A stretch of DNA of 64,000 nt from Ranitomeya imitator (Eukaryota). Made by a program: the position numbers and the translations under genes. The notes under the pieces were generated by a model. It did not search any database. It had not been told where the DNA came from and was given only the letters and a program-made list of their open reading frames with translations. Shown here in pieces: positions 1-15,020 of the stretch (the first letter of the stretch is position 1; each line of letters opens with the position of its first letter). The DNA lies in assembly GCF_032444005.1 (NCBI RefSeq), contig NC_091285.1, positions 313,844,001 to 313,908,000 on the forward strand, read 5' to 3'.

Positions 1-420
1 CCCTGCTCTATCTCCTAGATTAGCCCTTTGTCTGTTCCCTTCCCCCACCCAGGGAAGCGGGGGCGCCACTGTGCACTCAGTACACCAACTCGACAGACAG
101 GGTAACAAAGACAAGGGGAAACTGAAAACTCCACACACAAAATATTCACTCACATATAACAGAGGTATTCACCAGGGTGTGTAGGGAAGTGGAAGAAAGC
201 AAAACAGGGAAGGATAAGGCATTAGCAAGCGTACAAACCAGACAAGAGTCACTAATAAACTCCTCCAGCACTCCTTCTCAAAACCAACTTCTCCCACTCC
301 TATGTCTTGTAGCAATTGCTAACTCAGACAAGGACTTGGTAATCGAGGCCAGATTTTATAGGGAAAAAAAGTGGCTAACCAAGCACAGCTGAATGCAGGA
401 ATTTCCAACATGGCCGATTA
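1..420. mobile_element. Probable LTR or other repeat fragment, truncated by the window start
   Basis: The A-rich/G-rich composition resembles the LTRs elsewhere in the window; no boundary or TSD could be confirmed. Confidence 0.25.
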
Positions 421-805
421 ACCTCTGTTCTGCTGGAATAAATAAATAAACACGTTTAATACACTGGAGAAGTGCTTCTTCTCACCGGTGGAGTAGGAGC
501 CACCAGACACTGCGGTCTTCTGGCTCCACTCCATTGCGGTAACCCCATGACAGGCAGCTTTCTGTGTAAACTGCATAGGCAGAGAGTTGCTAATTAGTGA
601 CACTAAACACAGCAGGAGGACAACATGGCATGAGACAACTAGTCCTCTAGTGATAAACTCTTTCTGCTAAACCACTGATTTTATTGATATTGCAACAAGC
701 AGCCCAGTAAGTGACACATCACTGGTATCAAGGACTCTTCCCCTACTGCATGCTTTTCTCAGCTTAAATAAGAAAAAACCTGCTGACAGATTCCCTCTAA
801 AATAG

Positions 806-1150
<345 letters not shown>

Positions 1151-1644
1151 TAGGATCAGAACACTAGAAAGATTAAAGGATAAGATACATTTACAGCACA
1201 GCGTTTGTTTATATGAGCAGTGAAATCACTCGCTAATCACGATAGTGAGATTTCTCATGCTCAGATGGATGTTTTCCAATATTCTTTACCTTATAGAAAT
1301 AAAAATGGTATAACATGGTAAAAAAAATCATTAAGACAGGTAAGAGGTAAATAGAGTATACTGCAGTACCATGAAAGCTTCCATTGTGAGCACTTATTGA
1401 CATGTCAATGTGACCCATGCCTACTTCATGACCTCCTTCTGTAGCAAAAGTAAGCTGCTTTGTACGGCTTTGTATCTGTACAGACCTAGAGAGGTGCAGA
1501 GTTACAGTATATCACCCTCTCATTATGTCTGTATTAATAAAACATGCATCGGCATTAATTCAGCAAGCTCCACAAATCAAATATGTAACGAGGTGCTACA
1601 CCTGATTTTACTAAGATCTCAGGCGTTTGACTAGTTCTGTAAGG

Positions 1645-2622
1645 CTACATTCACACATCAGGTTTTCGCCGTCAGGCACAATCCGGCGAATTTTGAAAAA
1701 ACGGATCCTTTTTTTTTCCGCCGGATCCGATTTTTCTCATAGAGTAGTATTAGTGCCGGATTGCGACAGATGGCCACATGTTTCATCCGTTTTTTGCATG
1801 ATCCATAGAAAATAACGTTTCCGGCGATCGGAGAAAAGTCCAGAGGAACGTTTTTTATGTCCGGCGAAAAAACGCACAGCGATGGTTCCAGTCATAAACG
1901 GATGAAACGTGGAGTGAAATCTCTCTCTATCTCCGCCCTGGACCAGTAATTAATGCCCGGAAGTCAGCTAGTCGGATCCGGCAAAAAACTGATCCGTTGC
2001 ATCAGTTTTTCACAATTTACAACGGATCCACTTTTTTTCAAGAGTCGACGGATCTAGCATGACGGCGAAAACCTGATGTGTGAAACTTACTCTGGCCCCT
2101 GTTCTGTTTCCGGATCCTGTGCAGATGCCCTGGATCCATTTTTTGGACGGATCCGTCAAAGCAGCTGCCGCAGGAATTTAAAGGAACAGAATTCTGGACA
2201 GAGAGAGATTTTCCATGAATGGAAAAATGGGTTAAATTAAATGAATAGAAATTCTTCCAGGCATGCTCAGTTTAAAAAAACGGAATCCGTCACTGGATTC
2301 CGTCTTTTGACGGACAGCAACGGATCCTGAGCCCATAGGCTTCCATAATAGCCAAAGACGGACGGCGCAGGATCCGTCGCTGTCCGCCTTTTCGACGTAC
2401 ACAAAAACGTTACTAGGTCCGTTGTCTCCGCCCGACGGACAAAGACTTTACGACGGATCCGTCAAACCGTTTGACGGATGAAACGTGAGGCCATCCGTCA
2501 CAATTGCTAATACAAGTCTATGAGAAAAAAATGGATCCAGCAGCAACATTTGCTGGATCCGTTTTTTTCTAAAAAAACACGGATTGTGAATGATGGCAAA
2601 AAACTGATGTGTGAAAGAGGCC
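1645..2622. mobile_element. Cluster of PIF/Harbinger-type palindromic MITEs
   Basis: ggctacattcacacatcaggttttcgccgtc at about 1645 is mirrored by gacggcgaaaacctgatgtgtgaa near 2062-2084; a second end ctgatgtgtgaaagaggcc|tta lies near 2622; repeated internal acggatcc motifs. Confidence 0.6.
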
Positions 2623-3519
2623 TTAGACATAAGGATTTTACTAGATGTTAATGGGTTGTCAACTTTTAGGAACTTTTTTTTTTAATTGGTTGACTGGGAC
2701 TTTAACATTGATGAGCAGTTGTGGTTGTTGCTGACATCGGGAACAGGTGATCAGCAGATTTGCCAGATGTCGCACCCCCACCGATCAGACATTGATGACC
2801 TATCCTAAGAATAGAACCATGTTTGTCTCGCTGTCACACTGATGATCGGGCCCCCATTCATCTGAATAGGGTTTGAGTTTGGGTACTGTTCTTGTACCTG
2901 AACCAAACTTTTTTAGATGTTCAGCCTAACCCGCCAGACCCGAACATCCATGTGTTCACCCATCACTACTCAGCTGATTTCTGATCATGGACCACATCAA
3001 AATTTAATATGCAAGGAAAGAGAAAGCCTGTAAAAGCCAAACTGTTCCAAATTTTTAATGAAACCCAATTGAAAATTTATTTTAATATCCACATACAAGC
3101 ATTTAAGTAAAAATAAGTAAATACACAAAGTTCTCCGAAAGGTAGACAGCGCCTCCAAGGCAGACAGAAACTTAGGCAAATATAGGCAAATTTAGAAGGT
3201 TATTCTCATCTTCATAGACTAGTATTGTCAGATAGTGCTGGTAACATTTTCAGCCATTCTAGAGATATTGACATGTTTCTTTTCTTGCATTTACAGCTTC
3301 TTGCCTAGAAGACCAAAAAGCACTGCGGCCTAGCTGTGGTGATCAAACATGTGCAGTACTGATCTTTTTTTAGCTTGTAAGCACTGTTGTGAAGCTGGTC
3401 ACAACCGCTGGAGCACATTGTTAGCATTTAATCGTGGCCAGCTTCAGTGCCTGCAAGAACTGACTGCCTAAAAGTGTTAGCGCAAGAATGGCTGCAAATT
3501 TTGAAAATAAAGCAATTAA

Positions 3520-3972
3520 AGCAAACTTGTCAGCAGGATTTTGCTAAGTAAACTACATGCATTGTCAGGTTTCCACTGTTATACTGATTAAAATGAGACC
3601 TGGGATGAAAAAATCCATCTTGTGGTTCTTGTGTAATCAGTGTTGGATGTTTTCAGTTAATGAGATGCCTGTGTTTCGGGGCAGGACTGTAGGCAGAGTG
3701 TTATTATTTTCTTGCTCCAAGCCAGGGAAACCAAGGAAAGACCTGCCCACAGTCCGCCCCAAACATGTTCCTTAGCATAGAGGCAGACAGACTGTTTGTG
3801 CTTCAGGGTGGCCTGTGGGCAGGAAGATAAGACTCTCTCATTAACTGAACACTTCTAACACAAGAACCACAAGACGGATTTCTTCACCCCATGTATCATT
3901 TTAATCAGTGTAACAGCGGCAACCTGACAATGTCTGTAGTTTATTTAGCAAAATCCTGCTGACAGGTTCGCT
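3520..3972. mobile_element. T2/Kolobok-type MITE
   Basis: TTAA|agcaaacttgtcagcaggattttgctaagtaaactac ... gtagtttatttagcaaaatcctgctgacaggttcgct|TTAA; a related, interrupted copy lies at about 44294-44760. Confidence 0.8.
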
Positions 3973-4045
3973 TTAATAGCAAAAGTGCTTGGCCTTCCAA
4001 ATTCAAGTCTGCCAAATGTCAATCTATAAAAATGGAGATAACCCT

Positions 4046-4465
4046 TAAAGGGAATCTGTCAGCAGGTTTTTGTTATGTAATACAAGAACACCTTGATGTA
4101 GGGGAAGAGACCATTATTCCAGTGTTATGTTTCTTGGCTGTGTGTTGCTGTTTTATCAGTAAGCTATTATCACTACAGGACTAGGTGATTCTTAGTCGTC
4201 TGCTTATATGAACTGACCCCACCACTGATTAACAACTTTTTGTGAATGTACAGTGTACACAGAAAGCTGTCAATCAGTGGTGTGGGTCGGGCTATACAGC
4301 TCAGCATTCTGAGCACTGCTACATCTGCAGCAGAGAAAATTGTGATTGTATTAAAAGGACAGCAAGCAGATCAGCAAGTCACATATTGCTAGAATCAGGG
4401 TCTCAGCCTCTACATTATGCTGCTCTCAGCTTAGAAAGCAAAAACCTGTTGACAGATTCCTTGGC
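4046..4465. mobile_element. T2/Kolobok-type MITE (degenerate right end)
   Basis: ttaaagggaatctgtcagcaggtttttg at the left; aaaacctgttgacagattcctt at the right. Confidence 0.6.
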
Positions 4466-5005
4466 TGGTTATGCCAACCATTGAGATAATTATGTCAAAG
4501 CTTGATTGAAAACAGTAATGTATTTATACAAAAACCTTTTTAATGACGGTTACTTATTTGCTCAGGATATTTGTATAGCTACACTTTTATTTTTTATTTT
4601 TGAAATCAGTTGTACAAGCAAGTGGAGATAAGAAATATTGTAATATATGTTATTAGAGAAATATACTTCTTCTTCCAGGTGGCATTTTTTGTCTCTGGCA
4701 TTGATCATTCACTCTCCAAATCTGCTTAAATCTGTCTACAAATTTGTCTTCAGTGTTTGATCAAAATACACCTTCTGCCTATAAAGCTATGCGGAGGTGA
4801 AGGGGAGAAACTGAAGAGAGAAAAAGGCAAAGCATGCAAAAATAACTGACAAGTCTCTAGTGAAAAGAGAAAAACTGATAAAAAGCAGGAGAAAGTCATA
4901 AGATTATCAGAAACAAGGTTGTTCATAATATATGTAAGGAGAGGGATATTCCATCCACATTCCCCCTTGAAGACAACCATATTTTTCTACTGTTGTAATA
5001 TGTAA

Positions 5006-5819
5006 TGTGACATGCTTTATTGGTGATGGTATTGTATTCTGCTCGACAGTAGGGCGAGTTAGGATTAATAAAATAATAAATGCTTGGGACTAGCCCAGAG
5101 TGGGAGGGGCTGCAATGAAGGGACAGAAAGTTTCCTGTCAGGACGTCAGATAGGGCCCAGTGTGTGTAAGACGCAGTCCTAAGGTATGGACAGTAAGCAG
5201 TTAACACTTGACGTGGTTGTCCCAAAGTGAGCGGAGACTGAAGCACTGTGATACGAAATAAAGAGGAAGGAAAACTGAGAGAAGGACAGAGTTGTCAAGC
5301 AAAGATGGGTCCTGGTAGAGGACGCCTAGCAGTATGGCCCATAGTTTATAACTCAGAGAGGTAACGTGCCAGGACGACGCAGAAAAAGTGAGATGAGAAT
5401 TCCCCAGTTGAGAGTTCCAAGGCAGAGAAGCTAAGTATCGGCCTTAATGGCAAACTAGTTATCTTGAGCGGAATGAAGACGTTGGTAGAGAATAGGGCTC
5501 TCACTAAATGGACTGTAGTATTGAGCTGGGTTGTGGTGAAGGAAGGTGAAACACTGGAGACCGAGGCCAAGTGCGTTTAGACAATGTTATTGAGATTGTG
5601 TGTGAAAATGCTCTGTATTGTGAAGGAAACGTTCCTCTAGCTGTGTACTCGCTATCTGTTGTACATAATCCCCACCAAGATATTGTTCAGTAGAAAGTTT
5701 ATTTTTGACTGGCGGTCTTAATCATTGAACTGCTCAACGCAAGGTCCTGGTCAACCGAAGCCATTGGTAACATGCTAGGTCGTTACGAAGTCCACACCTA
5801 GCCAGGACCCCCGCTATCA
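5006..5819. mobile_element. Probable solo LTR
   Basis: TG...CA termini (tgtgaca...ctatca) flanked by near-identical 5-mers tgtaa/tgcaa; internal AATAAA; no coding capacity. Confidence 0.4.
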
Positions 5820-6289
5820 TGCAACATAAGAGATGAGCACCTCACTCACTGCTAACGCCCCACGCCACTTTACCTATACACACACATTCTAGCTTATTCT
5901 TAAAAAAGTACCACTTTGAATAGGAGTTTTTAAGTAAATACTTGCATTCCCCATAAAAATGAAACACATTCTTGCCCCTCTGTTTTGGAACACTGTCTTG
6001 TACTATACCTCACTTATTCTTCTTGGAAACATGTCAATACATTGAGTGTGTCACTCTACCTACTGCCTGACACTATTCCGTCTAAGAAACATTCAGCTAC
6101 CAAGATTCTCCACTTTTGTTCCATGGAGATGACAACCAGGAATGACTCCTGACATTGCTCCTAATCCGAGACCTCGGCAACAACCTTATTGTCAGAAGTA
6201 ATCTGCAGGGCTGTTTGGATGACATTTTGTTTGATGATATTGATTTTTGTATGAAATAGATAGCACCTAATATATTTCAATATGTTTAA

Positions 6290-6502
<213 letters not shown>

Positions 6503-6699
6503 TGATGGTCAATATCATGCTGTAATCTCACAGATGTCATTCTGCCCTGGCTGTAGTACAGGTCACTCATAGTATATGCATTGACGGCAAACACGGAGTT
6601 ACAGCCGGAAATCTCTCTAAGAATGTATAAGAAAGCTGTTTCACCCAATTACAAAATCCCAGCACTAAAATGGTAATTTCTTGCATTATTTTCATACAG

Positions 6700-6879
6700 G
6701 GAATTGGAGAAGCCTTTGGAAAAGCCATGCTTCAAAATGGGGGCAATACTTCTAAGGAAGACCCCAATGTGTTTTTCAGTAACTTTACGTTGCACGTCAC
6801 TCCGGTGCTTTCTAATATCAGTTTTAGTCTGGATAAGGCACAACTTCTGGCAGTGGCGGGCTCTACAGGATCTGGAAAG
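6700..6879 (+). CDS. cftr: CFTR coding exon equivalent to human exon 10 (legacy 9); regulatory insertion and Walker A of NBD1
   Basis: GIGEAFGKAMLQNGGNTSKEDPNVFFSNFTLHVTPVLSNISFSLDKAQLLAVAGSTGSGK; acceptor ttcatacAG, donor GTattg; 180 bp (human 183). Confidence 0.97.
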
Positions 6880-9298
6880 GTATTGTTGTTTTATAATATT
6901 TCTATTATTTAGCACAAAATATATACAAAACAGATCTAAGTACCCAATGTACAGGAGGCAAACGTCTGTTCTTTATTGTGCCAACATTTTCCACAGCAAT
7001 GTACATAGCGATCATTCACAGTAGTCTGTGTCTGAGAAGTCTACAACATCAGATCACGTTTTTAGTGGTACCAGAAAGATGTAGGCTGCTGTAAAAAGGG
7101 CCATGTTGAAATGTATGTCAGTGGAAGACAGATCTGAACGTGGGTTAAATGGTACATTCATCTTTAGAGTAGATCATTGGATCTGTCTGATGTCAATAAC
7201 TGTACTTTATATGGATCAAGGTTCTGCTTTTTCACCTAAAAATATCCAGATTACCAGCAAAGAAGTTAGGCTATGTGCATACAGAGTATTCCGAGGAGTT
7301 TTTGGAGCTGAAACGAAGCAGAAACGCTCTAAATCTTCCTTTAAAACTCCTCAAAACCTTGAAGATTCTGCTCAGTTTCTGCTCCGAAAATACAGCAAAA
7401 CGACTGTGTGTGCACATAGCCCGCAAGGGGTGTTCTGTTTGTGGAAAACCTCTTTTTTCCCAGATTAATTTTAAAACAACAAACTGTGCGCTATACTCAA
7501 CCTCTTCAGGCCTAGTGCAGAGTATGCGCTGCTGCTCCTGGTGTCTATTATTGTCTGCAGCGCTGACATCACACCGACAGCGCTGCAGCCAGTCACTGAG
7601 CTCAGCGGCTCCACACAAGTCAATATGCTAAGCTCAATGATTGGCTGCAGCTGCCGGACGGGACATCAGTGCTGCCGACAATAAATGACAAGGAGCAGCA
7701 GCAGGGACTCGGCACCGGAAACAGATAGGGAGTAAACAACAGTTGTATTTTTTGTTTTTTTTAAACAAACCATGTCCTGGGATCAAACGAAGAACTCCTC
7801 TAAAACATAAAATTCTGGTTCCTTGGAGCCACCATTAATATGCAGCTACATTAATTAATTTGATGTATAGACAGAATGCAGTAAGCTCATTTAATAATTT
7901 TATTACTGTAGCGTTGATATATTCCACATCCCTTTACAATTTAGAATGTGCTGACTTGTAGCACAGATCCACATGTATACAATGTGGTCTAATTATTTAT
8001 GATGGGTTAATGAAAAAAAGGAAAAACGGATGTTTTTGTTGTTCCAAATCTCAGATTTTCTTTTTACTAAAAAAATATAAAAGAAGTAATATCTGGTAGT
8101 TTAAGGCTTTATGTGTTTTGTCCATATCAGTGGCTTCCAACAAGTGATTGTTAGAGGTAACGATCTGTTGCGATCAGTTCTGTTAGGTGGCCCTCACTTT
8201 ACTAGAAGACATTGCACACAAGTGTCTGCACTCATTTGTATATACATGTGATATCTTACGTTAGTTTATGACGTCTAATATTATGCTAAATTGTTTTCCC
8301 CGAATGATCTGCGATTTACTCCTAAACCTTTGGCTCGTTACTGACCTCAGAAAGGAAGCCGGTGATAAGCCTGGCACTGAGCTGATACATGTAACACCCT
8401 CGCTGCATTTCTCAACTCCTAGTTTTGATCAAGGTTGCTGTCTACTAATTAACTAAAGAATTATTGCCGCTTTCAGCGTGTGAGCTGTAGTCAATCCTCC
8501 GATTATCTGCTGATGTGAGACCTGGGAATATGATTCTACAAGGTGATATGTGGAGTCATTTGTCACAGCGCTCGGTATTAACCGCCGACAAGGACAGTGA
8601 GGAGACTTTCCCACACAGGACCGTGTACGTCTCACTATGACCTTTTTACCGCTTTTACAATTGGTTGTTGCGCTTACCACTAGTTAGAACTAATATTTGT
8701 TCAATTAAAAATATGATAAAATGATTATTTCCTGTATATGATTATAAGTGGATGTATTTTGGAAATTAGAACCAATGTTTCCATAGTGTGCTAAAATCCC
8801 TACGATAAGTAAATATCCAAATCTTCTAGATACGGCTTCAACTACACCATGGACAGAAATAAGGCAACTCACGAATTAAAAAAAAAGCAGAAAATAAATT
8901 TGTAGCTAAAAACAAAGTCCTTAATTTTATTTTAAATAAAATCATATGCAGTGGCTGAAAGTGAAGGGAACCCTTACAACTCCACAAACGTTCCTAGGAT
9001 AGCAGTGGGGCCCGTTATTTGACTCGCTCCAATGGCGTGGTAGTCATTTTACCTTTATAGAGTTTAATATCTGCTGAAATAATACATTAAGTATAAGATA
9101 CTCCTTGATAGCACCAAAAACCTGAAGAGCAGCTTATTGGAAGTTTGGTACATAACTGAAGGCATCTACTATACATTGTTTGTCAGCTCGCACTACTGCA
9201 GACTGCAATGACCTACACACATTGTGAGATCATTTCTCTAATCACTTAACCCATATACACTGAAATCTCTATGTGATGGCTTCCCAAATTTGCTTTAA

Positions 9299-9934
9299 AG
9301 GGAACCTGTCACCCCGAAAATCGCGGGTGAGGTAAGCCCGCCGGCATCAGGGGCTTATCAACAGCATTCTGTAATGCTGTAGATAAGCCCCTGATGTTAC
9401 CTGAAAGAGGAGAAAAAGACGTTATTTTATACTCACCCAGGGGCGGTCCCTCTGCTGGTCAGGTCAAACGGGCGTCTCTGGTCCGCTGTGGCGCCTCCCA
9501 TCTTCATTACAAGAAGTCCTCTTCTGATCTTCAGCCACGGCTCCGGCGCAGGCGTACTTTGCTCTGCCCTGTTGAGGGCAGAGGATAGTACTGCAGTGCG
9601 CAGGCGCCGGAAAGGTCAGAGGCCCGGCGCCTGCGCACTGCAGTACTTTGTCTGCCCTCAACAGGGCAGAGCAAAGTACGCCTGCGCCGGAGCCGTGGCT
9701 GAAGATCAGAAGAGGACGTCTTGTAATGAAGATGGGAGGCGCCGCAGCGGACCAGAGACGCCCGTTTGACCTGACCAGCAGCGGGACCACCCCTGGGTGA
9801 GTATAATATAACGTCTTTTTCTTCTTTTTCAGGTAACATCGGGGGCTTATCTACAGCATTACAGAATGCTGTAGATAAGCCCCTGATGGCGGTGGGCTTA
9901 CCTCACCCGCGAATTTCAGGGTGACAGGTTCCCT
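9299..9934. mobile_element. T2/Kolobok MITE, whole-element palindrome
   Basis: TTAA|agggaacctgtcacc ... ggtgacaggttccct|TTAA; the arms are near-perfect reverse complements over about 300 bp each, and the ORF track shows mirror ORFs on both strands. Confidence 0.92.
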
Positions 9935-11154
9935 TTAAAGAACCACTCTCATCATAGTTTTTATCCCTCTAATATATTGCAATCATCACATTATATAGCA
10001 CTGTGTACTTACAATTGCTCATTTTGCCTTTCTACCCTGATAATTCTTTTTTCCATTAGATCTATGACATCAGGACTTAGGGACTTTGCAGTGAGTAAAA
10101 TTATAGTTCTAATGACGAATCATTCAGTGAAAAGAGATTTCTTGTTTTTACATAGAGCTTAGAAGGATTCAGCTAGTCAGTTTTTAATAACATGATGTCA
10201 CAGATCTAATGGAGAGGAGAAGAATTAGCTGGAAAGAAAGGCAAAATGAGCATTTGTAAGTGCACAGTGCTATCTTAATATATACTTACCTTGTAATGTC
10301 TTCACATTCTGTTCCGTTCAGATGTGTCCAGATCCCAGCCTCTTGCGCGGTACCACCAGCAGAACACCGTCGTACCACACACACACACTGTATACGCCAT
10401 ACGCACCACACACACACACAAACACACACTGTATACACCGTACACACACACTGTATAAGCTACCAAGCTGGGGTACCTCTTTCAGTACCACCCCGTGTTT
10501 CAGGAGGTCCATTCTGCTTTTGCTGGATTCTGAATGAAGGACGCTGGCTGGAATTCCTTGATTACATGGGAGCATATAAAAGCTGACTGCTACTCCAGGT
10601 ATTTCCAGTCTAAAAGAACAAACTTTATTTACAACACACAGAATATATAACACAGATACACAGGGCAGGCCAATAGAAAAAACAGGCCAGACATACATTA
10701 CAATAGCCGCAGGGGGCCAGAGCCTGCTGTTATTTACTGTGGGAATTACAAAGGTGGGGGAGGACAGAAGGGGGATATCGTGTCCTCTCTGCCCAGGGGC
10801 GCAGCCTGTGGACTGATGCATTTCACATGGAACCTATTATACATAATGTATACTGCATAACATATTCTTGGTGCTGGGGGTTCTGTAACACCATACGCAG
10901 CCTCTTGCATTGTATCACCAGCGGTACACCGTCGCAAACACGCTGCCGCCGAGATCAGCCAAATGATTCAATGACCGCTGCCATCTTTGTACAGGAGGAG
11001 TGCATGCGCAGTTTTAATGTGACCGCCGCTATCTGTTTGCACAAAGATGGTGGCGGTCTGATTTACTGCGCCTGCGCGAATTCCGCGTAGGCGCAGTGAA
11101 TCATTCGACTGATCCCGGCGGCAGATGCACAACATGTCTACAGGCAGAGGAAGC

Positions 11155-11572
11155 TGGTCACATTAAAGGGGTTTTCCCGGAAACAAAAGATCATTTTAAA
11201 AATTGTCTGTGTCTGACCTTGTACGGAGCATACCACATCTCTGGGCAGGGGAGGAAGCAAAAGACAATACTGACATTACAGCAGGGGATCACAGTGGATT
11301 TTTTTTGTCAGGTAACATATTTCACTGACTGCTTTTAAACAATATTTTACCTCATAAAATGTATACTTTGCGATCTCCTGCTGTATTGTCAGTATTGTCT
11401 TTGAGGGGAGAACACAGCACAGGAAGGAGATAGACAGCAGACAAGGGGGATAGCACATGAGGTAGACAGGACAAAGAAGGCACATGGGGAAAGACAGAGT
11501 GGAGAGGTGGGTGAGCATCATATGATGACTGCAATACTTTAAGAGGATGAAAACTGGGAGGGCATCTTTAAT
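11155..11572. mobile_element. T2-like MITE with internal inverted repeat
   Basis: Starts ttaaaggggttttccc; aagacaatactgacattacagcagg is mirrored by cctgctgtattgtcagtattgtctt; ends near ctttaa at about 11570. Confidence 0.5.
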
Positions 11573-14021
11573 AATCTGGTCTTCTTAAAGAAATGGTCTA
11601 TTCAAGCAGTTTCACTGTATTGAAATGGTAACGACAGAAAAGAATAACATATACAATGGGGAAAATTGCAGATTTTGCAAGTTTTCCCACTTACAAAGAA
11701 TGGAGATGTCTGTAATTTTTATTACCACCTTATGATGTGGTGTTCTTAATTTTTCATGAATTGTCTGTGCTGCTTACTAATTTCTAAATTTGCTTTCAAG
11801 CCTAACTCATAAATATGAGACAATAGCTAATTTTTAATGCATTTTAGTATTTGATGACACAGTCATGTGTTGTTCCCTGCTGCAGCCTCTATTTTGTGAG
11901 GCACTTCAGCTATAAATGTAAAAGGTATATTGGAACTGCACTTATTCAAGTCATTTCCCCGGCCTCTCCCTTTTTTTTTAAACTACTTTTCTCCTATAGT
12001 TTTGGCTTCCTTTTTTTTCATTTCTCCTTTGTTTCTATACGTCTTCCAGTTACTTCTACTCTTACTCTCTCTTTTTTCTCTTTTATTAGTTTTATCTTCT
12101 GCATTTTTGTATATACAGATGGGACTCTTACCTGAAAAATATGAATTATTTTTAGTATACTGGAATAAAGACGTGTTTTAGAATTTCTCTATGTCCCTGG
12201 CTTCCTTTTTCTACACATTAGGGAACATAGACATCATAGACTCTGGTCATGGCTTCATCAGGCAAAATCAGCTGTTCCTAGGATAGACCTATCCTTATGA
12301 TAGGTCATCAGTGTCTGATCCGTGGGGGTGCAAAAGCCAGCACCCAATCGATGAGCTGTTCCAGGTGTCGACTGGAACTGCTCAGTTACTGAGCTGCACA
12401 GCACAGCTTTGTCAACTGTATAGCAGCTGCACATCCACCAATTCAAATCAGTAGAGCTGTACATGGCCACTATTCTGTCAATAGAGCTGTACTGTGCAGC
12501 TCGGTAACTGAGCAGTCCTGTCTGCCGCCGACACAGGAAGGAGCTTATCTGTGGGGGTGCTGGGTGTGGCACCCACCGATCTGACATTGATGACCTAACC
12601 CAAGGATATGTCAGTGTTAAAGTAGTGGACAACCTCTTTAAACACTATGTAGATTTTTGACTTTATGCAAACCAAAAACTGAAACAGATTACCTGTATGT
12701 GGGCTTTAGAAGTTGAAAAAGGTATGTTCATAATTATGTTTTGCTTTTCTAGTTTTTTTCTTCTGTTCCTCAGCTATGAGCTTTAACTTCCGCATATCTG
12801 CAGTCTGTAATGGGAGTCTGAGACACACCCCCTGTCTCCACATTGGTCCAGGCCGCTGTTCCCGCCCCCTTCCCACAGTTCTTCCCTCAGTTTCTGTCTT
12901 GATCAACACCAGGTTGCATTCTGAAAAGTCTTCTATTACAGCAAGGATAAAATAATAATACTAATACTAGTTTTGGTTTGTATAAAATTGGAACGTTACC
13001 AGAACAGTGTATGTCCCCTTTTACAGTACTGAATGCATAGCGATTGCTTGTTTAGTCAATTATTTCCAGAGCTACCGTGTCTTGGAATAAAAAATCATCT
13101 TAGATTTCACAAATGTTTCCCAACATACTGATGCATCTTCTTATCTAACTTTTGCCGATATAACCTTATCAGAGGTCCAGTGTTGGGTCAGAATTCCTGC
13201 ATTCTGACACTGAAATAATATTGCAATATATTCACTCACAAACACCAAGATTAATGTATACGTTGTCAAGTCCTTTATAAATAATGATTTAAGGTTGGCA
13301 GCATTTTACTATATCAATAAATTGTTTGCTAACCGTATGAATAGGCTTTAAGAAAGGCCATTCTTCCGAGGGAGACAGACGCCTGGAGTGTATAGACAGG
13401 GACAGGCGGGCAAACACTTGAAATGCTTCACAACATTTCACATGGCCCCCACATGTCCGATCATTGTGTAGACACACAGAAGTACAGTATTTTGACCACT
13501 TCAGTGTTAAAGTGAACCTGTCATCTGATTCATGCTTATTGTGAAACGCTGTGAAAATGTACTTTGTAAAGCTTGCCGGCCCACTCCCCTAGACTGACAG
13601 GTCTCTCCATATAGAGAAAGGCTTGTCAATGGGATCACGATGGATGTAGGTCACCGAGGACCTTCTTCAGACTAGTCAGCCAAGATAGTCTTTAGATGGC
13701 TTTTCAAAGTATGTTTTCCTTAAAGTGTCACAACCTATGATTCGGGCTGCATGAATAAGACGTCACCAAGTCTCCACTACTCTCCATATAATTTTGCATT
13801 CTAACTTCTCTTTATATGCTGTATGTACATAAGGGGGTTCAGTTTATTGGATTCAGAGCTGGAACAAGGATATTGAGTAGCTATATCGTGATGTCACAAA
13901 TTCTAGGTTGTGTATTTGTATATTTGTACTAAAAGTGTTATTAGCTATTTGACAGATTATTCGTGTCTACTTACTATATATGATAATGAGTTGCACATGA
14001 TATCATGTATATTTCACTTAA

Positions 14022-14366
<345 letters not shown>

Positions 14367-15020
14367 TAGCACTGGCTGCAGCTAGATATAAGCATTGGAC
14401 GAAGCAGCACTGCACAGCTCCATTCAGTTCAAATGGACAGGACCTGATCTGCAGCACCTGGCAGCGGCAGCTGCACTTTGAACAGAGCTGACCAGTGTAG
14501 CTCCATTCAGTACTTTCATCTAGCCGCCGCCAGCGCCCATAGCAGGTGAGCGGTGTGGGTGGCAGGTATTGGATCTCCTCCGATCTGACACAGATGACCA
14601 GTCCTAAGGATAGGTGATCAATTTAATATGACTGGACAACCATAGGTTTGAAACACTAAACATACAAATATCGATTATAAAGGAGGTATACCTTAACATT
14701 ATTTTATTATTTAGTGCCAACCTATTCCAGAAGACTGTACAGAGACTGTCATCAGTTACATTAATCCATATGGGCTTACAATCTAAACTAAGAATAAAAC
14801 TACAGTATTAATATATTCTTTTTCCTTTGGAGTGTGCACAGGCAAGCATGGGGAGCACATAGAAACTCCAGGCAGATCTTGTCCTTGCTCAGCACTGCAA
14901 GGCAGCAGTATTTTACTAAGGAATATGCCATGCTGCACTGTTTTAAAGGCAGGTTGGGAGAATTTTCAAAAGTTGCAATAGCATAAAGGATGTTATATAA
15001 TCAAGAAAAAACCTTCACAT

